From contig JABHNP010000069.1 of assembly GCA_018694455.1 (NCBI GenBank), positions 1 to 33,248 on the forward strand: DNA of 33,248 bases, in the 5' to 3' direction. Within the stretch, counting starts at the first letter, position 1. Each line of letters starts with the position of its first letter. Positions 16,980 to 26,063 of this stretch are shown here, piece by piece. This DNA is from Planctomycetaceae bacterium. Its GTDB lineage: Bacteria; Planctomycetota; Planctomycetia; Pirellulales; UBA1268. The notes under the pieces are model-generated. The model was not told the origin of the DNA. It saw nothing but the letters and a program-made list of their open reading frames with translations, and did no database searches. A program made the translations under genes and the position numbers.

Positions 16980-17636
16980 CTAGGGCAATTCTTCAATCAT
17001 CAGGTCTTTGAATTGTACTTCTGCTACGCCGTTCCCATGGATTTGTAAACCAATAATTCCGTCACTTGGTAAGCCCGATTCAACCTCTATATAGTCGACA
17101 GTCTGTATGCCATCGACCCACAATTCAATGTGATTGCCTCTTGCTCGAATCCGGTAGTCGTGCCATTCATCTCTACGAGAGTTTCTCTCGAGGAATGATT
17201 TGGGAGGCCGCGCAAGAAACTTTTTACGTCTGGATTCATCATACAAAGCCCCATCGTGACCAGCGCCAAAGTCAGCCTGATACCCAGCCACCTCATGACT
17301 GCCACGAATTCTTTCACTCCGAAACTGAACACCCGAGTTGATGAACCCTTTGGTACCACTGAGTTTTATACGGAGACTCAAATCAAAATTTGCATAGCGA
17401 TTTATCGTACAGAGAAAATTATTTTTCTCTTGTTTCTTTGATAAAGAACCACCAACAATTTCCTTATTTTCTATACGCCATACGTCATTGATATCGCCTT
17501 CCCATCCATCAAAATTTCCCCCATTAAAAAGGCTGTCTGCAGCGAGCCCAGGAACAACGACCACAGCACAAACAAAAGCATACAGAGAACGAGTGATCCT
17601 GAACCTACAATGGTGCCTGTGAGAATTTCTGACCAT
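16980..17636 (-). CDS. DUF1080 (3-keto-disaccharide hydrolase family) protein, exported
   Basis: 218 aa. SLFNGGNFDGWEG, W.IENKEIVG, YANFDL, NSGVQFRS, GYQAD, GALYDE, WHDYRI, G.IGLQIHG, VQFKDL.IEEL; hydrophobic leader. Confidence 0.93.
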   Translation of the reverse strand: MVRNSHRHHCRFRITRSLYAFVCAVVVVPGLAADSLFNGGNFDGWEGDINDVWRIENKEIVGGSLSKKQEKNNFLCTINRYANFDLSLRIKLSGTKGFINSGVQFRSERIRGSHEVAGYQADFGAGHDGALYDESRRKKFLARPPKSFLERNSRRDEWHDYRIRARGNHIELWVDGIQTVDYIEVESGLPSDGIIGLQIHGNGVAEVQFKDLMIEELP

Positions 17637-17638
17637 TG

Positions 17639-18544
17639 CTAACCCGCTCCTCTGTTAGTCTCATAGTGATAAAAAAGCACCTGCGTGCCAGCCTCACCGT
17701 AGCCTTGTTTCCCTAATAATTCATACAGTTTCTGAGCAACTTCAAGACCGGGAAGACGTAGCCCTTGAAGATCTGCTTCTTCCTGAGCAAGGCGAATGTC
17801 TTTTACAAGATGACGTACAAGAAAACCAGGTTCGAAATCTTCATTGAGCGCGCGTGGAGCCAGGTTTGTTAGGCCCCAACTACCCGCAGCGCCACCACGT
17901 ATCACATCCTGAACTACTAATGGATCCAGGCTGCTGGCTTTTGCCACAGCAAGAGCCTCACACCAGGCCACCATACCAATTGCCACTGCGACTTGATTCG
18001 ATAGCTTACACCGCTGACCACTACCCGCAGGACCGAGACGTGTGACTGATTGGCCCATAAGCTTCAAAAGTGGCAATCCCCGATGAAACGCCTCGTCGCC
18101 TCCACCAACCATGACGACAAGACTTCTGTTTCGTGCACCTACATCACCACCAGAGACCGGTGCATCGAGGGCTTCTATATTCCGCTCTCTTGCTGCAATT
18201 GAAATACGCTCTGCCAGACGAGGACTCGAAGTTGTCATGTCGACAAGAAGACTCCCTGACTTTGCAGCTTCAATGACACCCCCACCAGCCGTCTTCCCAA
18301 AATACACCTGCTCAACGTCTGATGGGAGGCCAAGCATCGTGATCACCACATCAGTAGCATTGGCTGCTGATTCAGGCGTATCATGCCATATTGCTCCCCG
18401 CTCGAGTAACGCCTCGGCTTTCTCACGAGTTCGATTGTGAACATGAAGTGGATGACCATTCGTAATCAAATGCTTCGCCATACTGGAACCCATAATGCCG
18501 GTTCCAATAAAAGCGATCGAACAAGGTGACAATGGCATCAGCAT
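17639..18544 (-). CDS. NAD(P)-dependent beta-hydroxyacid dehydrogenase (3-hydroxyisobutyrate dehydrogenase / 2-hydroxy-3-oxopropionate reductase family)
   Basis: IAFIGTGIMGSSMA, VHNRT, DMTTS, LDAPVSGGDVGA, GSGQRCKLSNQ (catalytic K), F.PGF..RHLVKD. Confidence 0.93.
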   Translation of the reverse strand: MLMPLSPCSIAFIGTGIMGSSMAKHLITNGHPLHVHNRTREKAEALLERGAIWHDTPESAANATDVVITMLGLPSDVEQVYFGKTAGGGVIEAAKSGSLLVDMTTSSPRLAERISIAARERNIEALDAPVSGGDVGARNRSLVVMVGGGDEAFHRGLPLLKLMGQSVTRLGPAGSGQRCKLSNQVAVAIGMVAWCEALAVAKASSLDPLVVQDVIRGGAAGSWGLTNLAPRALNEDFEPGFLVRHLVKDIRLAQEEADLQGLRLPGLEVAQKLYELLGKQGYGEAGTQVLFYHYETNRGAG

Positions 18545-18604
18545 ATACTCATGAAGGCACGAATCTCATAGTTTCAGGCATGATACATCAAAGTGAAATG
18601 ACAC

Positions 18605-19426
18605 ATGAAAATTATTCGTTTTTTAAAACAAAACCAAGAAGCTTTCGGAAGCCTACACGACGACAACCGCGTCACACTTCTCGAGGGAGATGTCGCATCT
18701 GGTTTTTCTGACACCGGCACACTAGTAACAGTTGAAAAAATCTTGGCACCAATTTTTCCAACCGATATTCTTTGTATTGGGCTTAACTACAAACGACATG
18801 CTGCTGAAACTGGTGTTGCACTACCGAACCATCCTATTCTTTTTCTTAAAAATACTGGCTCAATTCAGCACCCCGGAGACCCAGTCATACTTCCACGAAA
18901 ACTGCGTAGTGAAAAAGTTGACTATGAATGTGAACTTGCAGTTGTTCTTGGGAAACGGTGCCACAACGTCAGTCGGAACGAAGCCTACCAACACATACTT
19001 GGATACACATGCGCCAATGACATCTCAGCTCGTGACTGGCAGAAAAACGGTGGCGGTGGACAATGGTGTCGAGGCAAGACATTTGCAACGTTTTGTCCAC
19101 TTGGACCCGTAATTACAACCTTGGAGGAAATTAAAGACCCAAACAAATTATCCCTTAAAACAATTCTCAACGGCCAGATCATGCAAGAAGGGAACACAGA
19201 TGACATGATTTTTGATATTCCCGCATTGATTGAGTTCTTATCAGCTAGCACGGTTCTAAATCCTGGGACAGTCATTCTTACAGGCACACCACATGGCGTG
19301 GGTTTCGCCCGAACCCCACCTGTGTATCTTCATCCTGGCGATAAGATTACCGTCGAGATAGAAGGCATCGGCCGTCTTACGAATCCCGTCATCGAAGAAA
19401 CCGGGCACGATGTTCAAGGAGACTAA
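18605..19426 (+). CDS. Fumarylacetoacetate hydrolase family protein
   Basis: CIGLNYKRH, P.LFLK, DYECELAVV, GYTCANDISARDWQ, GKTFATFCPLGP, ILTGTPHGVG, IEGIGRLTNPV. Confidence 0.95.
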   Translation: MKIIRFLKQNQEAFGSLHDDNRVTLLEGDVASGFSDTGTLVTVEKILAPIFPTDILCIGLNYKRHAAETGVALPNHPILFLKNTGSIQHPGDPVILPRKLRSEKVDYECELAVVLGKRCHNVSRNEAYQHILGYTCANDISARDWQKNGGGGQWCRGKTFATFCPLGPVITTLEEIKDPNKLSLKTILNGQIMQEGNTDDMIFDIPALIEFLSASTVLNPGTVILTGTPHGVGFARTPPVYLHPGDKITVEIEGIGRLTNPVIEETGHDVQGD

Positions 19427-19610
19427 AGTGTATCGCTCGCAGATAACGAATCGACCTGTTTATACTACTGTTGAGCTCCCAGATTATGACCTCGGGGGGA
19501 GAGGCCTATATGGCCCAATTGAAAATGAATGAACACCACGCAATTGTTGTGGTCTCCTAAAGCCTTCTCATTTCTCTTTTTTGACATTTGTTATTCATGG
19601 AACTGAACGC

Positions 19611-20723
19611 ATGGCCAAGAAAATGACCGCACCCACCATTCGCCCATTCGGAAAACTTCCTGACGGACGAGAAGTCAGCCTGTTTACCTTAGAAGCTCCC
19701 GGAGGATGGAAAGCAACAATCACAAACTACGGGGCAATTGTGACAAGCTTTTGTGTTCCTCAAAAACAGGATGAGACAGTCGACGTTGTGCTTGGATTTG
19801 AATCTCTTGATGGCTATCTCAATGGCCATCCATATTTTGGTGCAACATGTGGCCGTGTCGGTAACCGAATCGCAGATGGGCTTTTTTCGATACATGAAAA
19901 GTCGTACAAGGTTGCTCAAAACAACGGCCAAAACCACCTTCATGGTGGTATCATCGGATTTGACAAACAACTCTGGAAAGCAACACCACGAGTTTCAGAA
20001 AAAGGCTCAGTTCTCGATCTTGAACTCTCATCACCAGATGGAGATGAGGGATATCCTGGAACGCTTCACTCAAAAGTAATCTACACGCTTACTCCAGATG
20101 GTGAACTATGGGTCGAAATGGAGTCGACCACAGATGCTCCAACTATTGTGAATCTCGTGCATCATACGTATTGGAATATTGCTGGCCAAGCAACAAATAG
20201 CATTGAGAACCACACGCTTACGGCACACGCTGATCGATATCTTCCACTCGATTCAGGCGGCATACCGACAGGAATAATTCGTGACGTTGATGGCACTCCT
20301 TTCGACTTTCGTCTTTCGACTGATAATCAATCTAATCTTGGAGAGGTGATCCTGGCCCTTACTCCGTCACCGGAAGGGGCCGAAAAAGGAGGTGTTGACC
20401 ATTGTCTAGTAATCAACAACTGGAAACCTGACGGGGCACTTCGGCCGGCGGTCACGCTCACTGATCCGACCAGTGGAAGAAGCCTTGAAATCTGTACCGA
20501 TCAACCCGGCATTCAAGTCTATACAGGCAATTATCTTGACTCATCACTCAAAGGGAAATCTGGGATCACCTACAAACAGCACGCGGCCATCTGCCTTGAG
20601 ACCGAATGTTTTCCAGACGCCATCAATCAAACGGAATGGCATGGAAAATGGCCATCTGGTCGTCTGAATCCTGGTGAAACCTATAAGCACACTATGGTGC
20701 ATCGGTTTACCACCGGACACTAG
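19611..20723 (+). CDS. galM: Aldose 1-epimerase (galactose mutarotase)
   Basis: YGA, DVVLGF, YFGATCGRVGNRIA, NHLHGG, GDEGYPG, NLVHHTYWN, GTPFDF, DHC, TDQPGIQVYTGN, CLETE.FPDAIN. ATG 19611 preferred over TTG 19581. Confidence 0.93.
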   Translation: MAKKMTAPTIRPFGKLPDGREVSLFTLEAPGGWKATITNYGAIVTSFCVPQKQDETVDVVLGFESLDGYLNGHPYFGATCGRVGNRIADGLFSIHEKSYKVAQNNGQNHLHGGIIGFDKQLWKATPRVSEKGSVLDLELSSPDGDEGYPGTLHSKVIYTLTPDGELWVEMESTTDAPTIVNLVHHTYWNIAGQATNSIENHTLTAHADRYLPLDSGGIPTGIIRDVDGTPFDFRLSTDNQSNLGEVILALTPSPEGAEKGGVDHCLVINNWKPDGALRPAVTLTDPTSGRSLEICTDQPGIQVYTGNYLDSSLKGKSGITYKQHAAICLETECFPDAINQTEWHGKWPSGRLNPGETYKHTMVHRFTTGH

Positions 20724-21616
20724 TTCGATCGAGGCCCTGCTAGATAACCCATTGAATCCATCCACTCGATTACTCGGTGGGGCCATGCATCAACAGGCAA
20801 GTCCTTCTTTTTCATTCCAAAACCATGCCCGCCCTTTGCGTACACGTGCACCTCACAAGGAATATCGTGCTTCTTGTACTCAACAGCAAGAAGGAAACTG
20901 CCACTCGCTGTCCAAGGATCATCTGCAGCATGAACGAGACACAGTGGTGGTGACGTATCTTTTACAGTGATATCCGAGAGCAGCGGCCCCTCAGTACCAC
21001 GCTCAACGAGATAGGCTGGATAAACAGGAATCGCGAAGCTCGGTATTGAATTTTTCACATCCAATTTTTCATCCATTGGGTACGTATGTTCGCTTCCATG
21101 CAAGCATGTCATAACAGTGAGATTCCCTCCTGCAGAAAAACCAAGCATCCCAATGCGACCTGAATCGACCCCCCATTCTTCTGCGTGATGATGAATTATT
21201 CCGAGCGCTCGTTGCGCATCCTGGAGAGCACATTCCTGTGGCGATGGCACACGGTACTTTAAAAGAACAGCCGTCACTCCGTGTTCAGTGAGAAACTCAC
21301 AAACATCTGTACCCTCATGCTCATAGGCTAAAATCTTGTAGCCGCCGCCAGGGCAAACGAGCACTGCCGCACCGTTTGGATTGTCTGGACGGTACACCGT
21401 CATTTGTGGCCGAGTCACATTGGTAATCCGCAAAATCCCATTCTTGTTTGTCCGCACTTCCTCAGAAGGCTCCGCCTTCTGCTCGGAAGCCGGAACACCA
21501 TCTGGCCAAAGATCGAGCACAAGCGGCTCTGCTGTAAGACGAGATGACACTCCGAAGAGTATCGTGATACAAAAAAAATACAGCAGACAGGTCCTGCAAA
21601 CGAGCATGTTTTTCAC
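20720..21616 (-). CDS. Alpha/beta hydrolase, carbohydrate-esterase-like (acetylxylan/feruloyl esterase-like), exported
   Basis: LWPDGVP, PGGGY, LKYRVP, LQDAQRA, GFSAGG nucleophile, ADDP, GGHGFG. Stop overlaps the galM stop (CTAG). Confidence 0.88.
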   Translation of the reverse strand: MKNMLVCRTCLLYFFCITILFGVSSRLTAEPLVLDLWPDGVPASEQKAEPSEEVRTNKNGILRITNVTRPQMTVYRPDNPNGAAVLVCPGGGYKILAYEHEGTDVCEFLTEHGVTAVLLKYRVPSPQECALQDAQRALGIIHHHAEEWGVDSGRIGMLGFSAGGNLTVMTCLHGSEHTYPMDEKLDVKNSIPSFAIPVYPAYLVERGTEGPLLSDITVKDTSPPLCLVHAADDPWTASGSFLLAVEYKKHDIPCEVHVYAKGGHGFGMKKKDLPVDAWPHRVIEWMDSMGYLAGPRSN

Positions 21617-21655
21617 ACCTTTTAAAACAAAATAAGCACCAGACGTCCGAGGAAG

Positions 21656-23191
21656 CTACGACTTTTGCTTACTCTTCTGGTTCTTCTTTCGACCACGCCT
21701 CGGGGGGTCGACGGCCGGCACCTTGAGTTCTTTTCGTAATCTATCAAGCTCTGCATGCAATTCTTTTTGTGCTTTTGCATGCTCAGGTTGATCATAAACA
21801 TTCTTCAGTTCCTGTGCATCCTGCTCACGGTCAATCAAGGTCCAATAATCCATATCAGGCTCATAGAAATGAAAAAGCTTATATCGGTCCGTGACGACAC
21901 CGTAGTGTTTTCGAACACTATGAGCTCCTGGGAATTCATAATAGTGATAATAAAAGCTTTTTCGCCAATCGCTCGGACGTTGGCCTGCCAATAACAGAGC
22001 AAGGCTCTTTCCATGCATATCGGAAGGAATGGATTGGCCAGCAGACTCAAGAAATGTTTCTGGGAAGTCAAGAATCGAAACAATTGCATCTGACGTCGTG
22101 CCTGGTTGCGTAACGCCTGGCCACCGCACAATACAAGGCGTCGTGAGCGACTCTTCATAAATCCACCGCTTATCAAACCAGCCATGTTCACCAAGATAAA
22201 AGCCTTGGTCCGATGAAAACAAGACCATGGTATTTTCACTCAGTCCTGCTGAATCAAGATAATCAAGGAGCTTTCCAACAGCCTCGTCAACAGCTTTTAC
22301 ACAACCAAGGTAGTCATGCATGTACCTTTGGTATCGCCATTTCACGAGATCTTTTCCTGTGAGATTCTGTTTACGAAACGCATTATTGAGAGGCCCATAG
22401 TATGCGTCCCAGTCCTTTTTTTGAGCATCTGAAATGGTTCGTGGTGGTTCCAGTTTTGCATCAAGTGGACGAAATGTTTTTTCGAGCGTCATATCTTGTT
22501 CATGCTCGGCTCGACCACGACCTGAATAGTCGTCAAATAGTGTTTCAGGTTCTGGAAAAATACGGCCACCATTCCAACCAAGATGCCGCAAGGCTGGTGA
22601 CCATTCACGGTGAGGGGCTTTATGTTGAGACATGAGAAGAAATGGCTTGGATCGATCTACACCTTCCAACCAATCGATTGATAAGTCAGAAACAATATCC
22701 GTGACGTATCCTTCATGCTGAAGCGGCTCACCATTCCTGATCATTTTCGGATTAAAGTATGATCCCTGACCAGGCAAAATGTGCCAATGATCAAAACCGG
22801 TTGGGTTACTCTTAAGATGCCACTTCCCAATCATGGCTGTTTGATAGCCAGCCGTTTGCAGCATTTTTGAAAACGTGGGCTGTGATCCATCGAACTCATC
22901 CCCGTTACAACAAAAACCATTCACATGAGCGTATTTACCAGTCAAGATTGCAGCTCGACTCGGACCACAAATCGAATTTGGCACCATGCAACGACGAAAA
23001 AGCATGCCTTCTTGAGCGAGCCGATCAATATTCGGGGTTTCGAGTAATTTAAGGGGATGACCGTAACAACTCAGTGCCTGGTTCGTGAGATCATCACAGA
23101 AAATCATCACAATATTAGGAGGTTGCTTCGCTTCAACAGCCACACAACAAAAGCAAACAAAGAGACAACAGAAAACAAGAAACCTGTTCAT
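21656..23191 (-). CDS. Sulfatase resembling N-acetylglucosamine-6-sulfatase (S1_11-like)
   Basis: 511 aa. PNIVMIFCDD, NSICGPSRAAILTGKY, GKWHL, LPGQGSY.NP, HKAPHR, SDQGFYLGEHGWFDKRWIYEES, WRKSFYYHYYE, HYGV; signal peptide. Subfamily call is from motif memory. Confidence 0.9.
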   Translation of the reverse strand: MNRFLVFCCLFVCFCCVAVEAKQPPNIVMIFCDDLTNQALSCYGHPLKLLETPNIDRLAQEGMLFRRCMVPNSICGPSRAAILTGKYAHVNGFCCNGDEFDGSQPTFSKMLQTAGYQTAMIGKWHLKSNPTGFDHWHILPGQGSYFNPKMIRNGEPLQHEGYVTDIVSDLSIDWLEGVDRSKPFLLMSQHKAPHREWSPALRHLGWNGGRIFPEPETLFDDYSGRGRAEHEQDMTLEKTFRPLDAKLEPPRTISDAQKKDWDAYYGPLNNAFRKQNLTGKDLVKWRYQRYMHDYLGCVKAVDEAVGKLLDYLDSAGLSENTMVLFSSDQGFYLGEHGWFDKRWIYEESLTTPCIVRWPGVTQPGTTSDAIVSILDFPETFLESAGQSIPSDMHGKSLALLLAGQRPSDWRKSFYYHYYEFPGAHSVRKHYGVVTDRYKLFHFYEPDMDYWTLIDREQDAQELKNVYDQPEHAKAQKELHAELDRLRKELKVPAVDPPRRGRKKNQKSKQKS

Positions 23192-23325
23192 AAAACCCCC
23201 TCGTAATCAGAAAACAGCACAGCTTTTATTAGCACATCATAATCTGACAATAGTTGTACCAGATACAACCTTTCATGTCGTAAGACCTCTACCCTTACGA
23301 GGGAATCGACACGACACAATGTCGA

Positions 23326-24723
23326 TTATTCCTGCTGGTCATCCATGGCCATTGGCTGCTGCCACGGAACCTTCGCCGCCACCTGAACGTGATGACGCAG
23401 TTTCTCTGTCAAGTCCTTCACGATCGATCGATGGCTATCACTCACGTCACTCGATTCAAGAGGGTCATCGTCTAAATTAAATAGCTGGTAGTTTTCAAAA
23501 GGTGTGTTTTGAAGCAATTTCCATGGCCCGTGTCGCACGGCATAGTAGTCCTGCCCCTGATAGAGCTGGCCTCCTTCTCGCCGCACCCAGAAAAGAGTTC
23601 GGTCGAATGACTGCCGCTTCCCAAGTAACGTTGGCAGAATAGATACCCCATCGATCTCATGCTTGATGGTCGCACCAGCAGCCTCACAGAATGTCGGGAA
23701 AAGGTCACTTGTCAATGCAACAAGATCACTTCGTGAACCTGGCGTAATGTGCCCAGGCCATACCGCACAAAACGGTACAGCGATACCGCCCTCATACATT
23801 TCTTGTTTGAAGCCTCGATGTGGGCCACAGTGTGCGTGACTTCCCTTATGGCCACCGTTGTCAGACGTAAAAACAATGAGTGTATTTTTAGCTTGGCCAG
23901 TTTTTTCCAAACAATCTACAACTCGACCAATTCCAGCATCGAGGTGTTCGACGAATGCGACTAACTTTGCCCGGATTGGATCTATTCCAGGCTCCCGCGA
24001 TAAAACTTTTTTGAGATATGCTTGAGGAGGTTGTACCGGTGTATGTGGCGCATTAAAAGCAAGGTAACAAAACCACGGCTGCACTTTCCCAGCCCGCGAC
24101 GTTATGTAATCGGCTGCCCAATCACTAAAAATATCGGTCGCATGCCCGTCTGGCCGAACATCAACCGTATTCAGTCGCATATAGTGCTGATCATGACGAG
24201 TATGAGTCAAATAGTCGTCCATCATGTCGCCAAGAAATCCATGGAAGTGATCGAACCCATGGTCTGTTGGACGAGATGGAGCCTCAAGCCCAAGGTGCCA
24301 TTTGCCAATAATAGCTGTGTGGTAGCCAACTGCTTTGAGCGGCTTTGGTAGGAGAATTGCATCCGGATTGAGGAATCCCCAGTTATTGTCAGGATTTGTG
24401 CGAATAACACCCGGAACTCCGACTTTATCTGGCACTATACCGGACAAAAAGGCTGCACGGGTTGGTGAACAGACAGGACAATTCGCATAAAAGTTATCGA
24501 ACCGCATTCCGGCGGCAATAAGCGAGTCTATTGCTGGAGTCTTCAAGTCCTTTGCACCGTATGCACCAACATCGCCCCATCCTTGATCATCAGTCAAAAT
24601 CATCAAGATGTTTGGGGCCGAATGAGTATTTTCGGTGGCGGCAGGGATTCTACCGACAGTAAACAACAACCCTACCACCACAAGAAAAGCATGGCACACC
24701 CGTCTCATAAATATATTTGACAT
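23326..24723 (-). CDS. Sulfatase (arylsulfatase A-like, Cys-type)
   Basis: PNILMILTDDQGWGD, VCSPTRAA, GKWHLG, FNAPHTP, SDNGG, K.EMYEGGI.VP, LFNLDDDP.E. Start moved to ATG 24723, preceded by GGAG. Confidence 0.93.
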   Translation of the reverse strand: MSNIFMRRVCHAFLVVVGLLFTVGRIPAATENTHSAPNILMILTDDQGWGDVGAYGAKDLKTPAIDSLIAAGMRFDNFYANCPVCSPTRAAFLSGIVPDKVGVPGVIRTNPDNNWGFLNPDAILLPKPLKAVGYHTAIIGKWHLGLEAPSRPTDHGFDHFHGFLGDMMDDYLTHTRHDQHYMRLNTVDVRPDGHATDIFSDWAADYITSRAGKVQPWFCYLAFNAPHTPVQPPQAYLKKVLSREPGIDPIRAKLVAFVEHLDAGIGRVVDCLEKTGQAKNTLIVFTSDNGGHKGSHAHCGPHRGFKQEMYEGGIAVPFCAVWPGHITPGSRSDLVALTSDLFPTFCEAAGATIKHEIDGVSILPTLLGKRQSFDRTLFWVRREGGQLYQGQDYYAVRHGPWKLLQNTPFENYQLFNLDDDPLESSDVSDSHRSIVKDLTEKLRHHVQVAAKVPWQQPMAMDDQQE

Positions 24724-24833
24724 TATTTCTCCACACTCACTATTCATAAACAATCTCTCTCACCCGCTCACATGAAACCCTACACACCCACCTGAATGTC
24801 GCATCAATAGTAGCCCTATGCCTAAATCAGATA

Positions 24834-26063
24834 TTATTGCTTCGCATCCACAAACTTCCAGAGGCGACTATTACTACGTAAAAAAACACCATCCCCTGCA
24901 ATTGCTGGAGAAGCAAGAATCTGGTTTTCAAGATGAAATGTGTCTTTCAACTCACCCTGCTCATCATCAAAATGTACGAGTTGAATAAGTCCTGTTTCAT
25001 TCACGGCAAGCAACGTGTCTCCATTAACAACTGGCGTTGCGCTGAAAGGGCCTTTAAGGCGAAGCTGCCACCGTCGCTCTCCTGTTTCAATGTCACCAGC
25101 CGTTAAGACATCTCCACGACTGATCGTAAATACCGTGTTGCTGACGACCACCGGACTAGATGTTCCTGGTGAAAGTCGACTACTACTCCAAAGCTGTTTC
25201 GGACTTTTTTGCGACGAAAGGTTATAGGCAAGTGCGGTCAGCCCTTTCGATGGAACAAAGAGAACATTTCCTTTCCGGCAACTCGAGGGAATCGTGCTTG
25301 CACCACCGTCATACTTCCAAAGAAAATGACCATCAGCAGTATCTACCGCATCGATACCTGACTTGGATTGAAGACCAACAAGACCTGGTGACAAGACCAA
25401 CGGACTCGTCCAATTTGCTGATTTTTCCCTTTCAATTTTCCAAATATTCTTTCCTGTTACAGCATCGATACCAATTGCATATGACTCACTATCATTTTCC
25501 ACCTGTGCAACAACAACACCATCGGTAACAACAAGCGAACTCGCCATCCCAAGGCTATTACTCACATTCGGATAATCGGCAGTGATTCCTCGCAACCAGA
25601 TTAAATTACCATCGAAGTCAAGACAGACCAAATCATTGGATGAGAAAAGGGCATATATTCTTACGCCATCGGTACACGGTGTCGGAGCAGCAACACTTGT
25701 CTTCTCATGACACATTGTTCTACCCGTTGCCCAGAATTGTCGCTCCCAAAGTGACTGGCCCTTTGTTCCATCAATGCACAACACCCTAAGTCGATCCTGT
25801 TCTGGGCCGCTGCTACATGTGATAAATACTTTATTGCTATGGACGACCGGGGTAGAAAGACCATAACCAGGAAGCATTCGCTCCCAAGAGATATTTTTTC
25901 CACCTAATTCTTGCGGCAACCGTTCAGTTGTTGCGCCGCTCCCACGCGGCCCCTGAAAAGAAGGCCATGACTGATCGCCTTGCACCAGAGCATCGCTCCC
26001 AAGCAACGTAATAAAACATGCCATATGAAGACACCTGTTTATTTCATACATATTGCACATCAT
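24834..26063 (-). CDS. PQQ-binding-like beta-propeller repeat protein (BamB-like fold, planctomycete expansion)
   Basis: WPSFQGPRGSG, LPGYGLSTPVV, AAPTPCTDG, LDFDGNLIW, TGKNIW, WTSP, SATPV, ASPAI..G.VFLRS. Confidence 0.9.
   Translation of the reverse strand: MMCNMYEINRCLHMACFITLLGSDALVQGDQSWPSFQGPRGSGATTERLPQELGGKNISWERMLPGYGLSTPVVHSNKVFITCSSGPEQDRLRVLCIDGTKGQSLWERQFWATGRTMCHEKTSVAAPTPCTDGVRIYALFSSNDLVCLDFDGNLIWLRGITADYPNVSNSLGMASSLVVTDGVVVAQVENDSESYAIGIDAVTGKNIWKIEREKSANWTSPLVLSPGLVGLQSKSGIDAVDTADGHFLWKYDGGASTIPSSCRKGNVLFVPSKGLTALAYNLSSQKSPKQLWSSSRLSPGTSSPVVVSNTVFTISRGDVLTAGDIETGERRWQLRLKGPFSATPVVNGDTLLAVNETGLIQLVHFDDEQGELKDTFHLENQILASPAIAGDGVFLRSNSRLWKFVDAKQ

Noticed and set aside
19470-19560. 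Three short stems upstream of galM, vaguely cloverleaf-like
   Set aside because: No T-loop (GTTCGA), D-loop or acceptor stem; 4-5 bp stems are expected by chance.
20720-20723. Convergent genes overlapping at CTAG; likewise a 2-bp gap at 28191-28192
   Set aside because: Common in compact bacterial genomes; not evidence of a system.
21656-21710. Highly basic C-terminal tail (PPRRGRKKNQKSKQKS) on the sulfatase, NLS-like
   Set aside because: Lys/Arg-rich tails are frequent on planctomycete exported proteins; no specific function can be supported.
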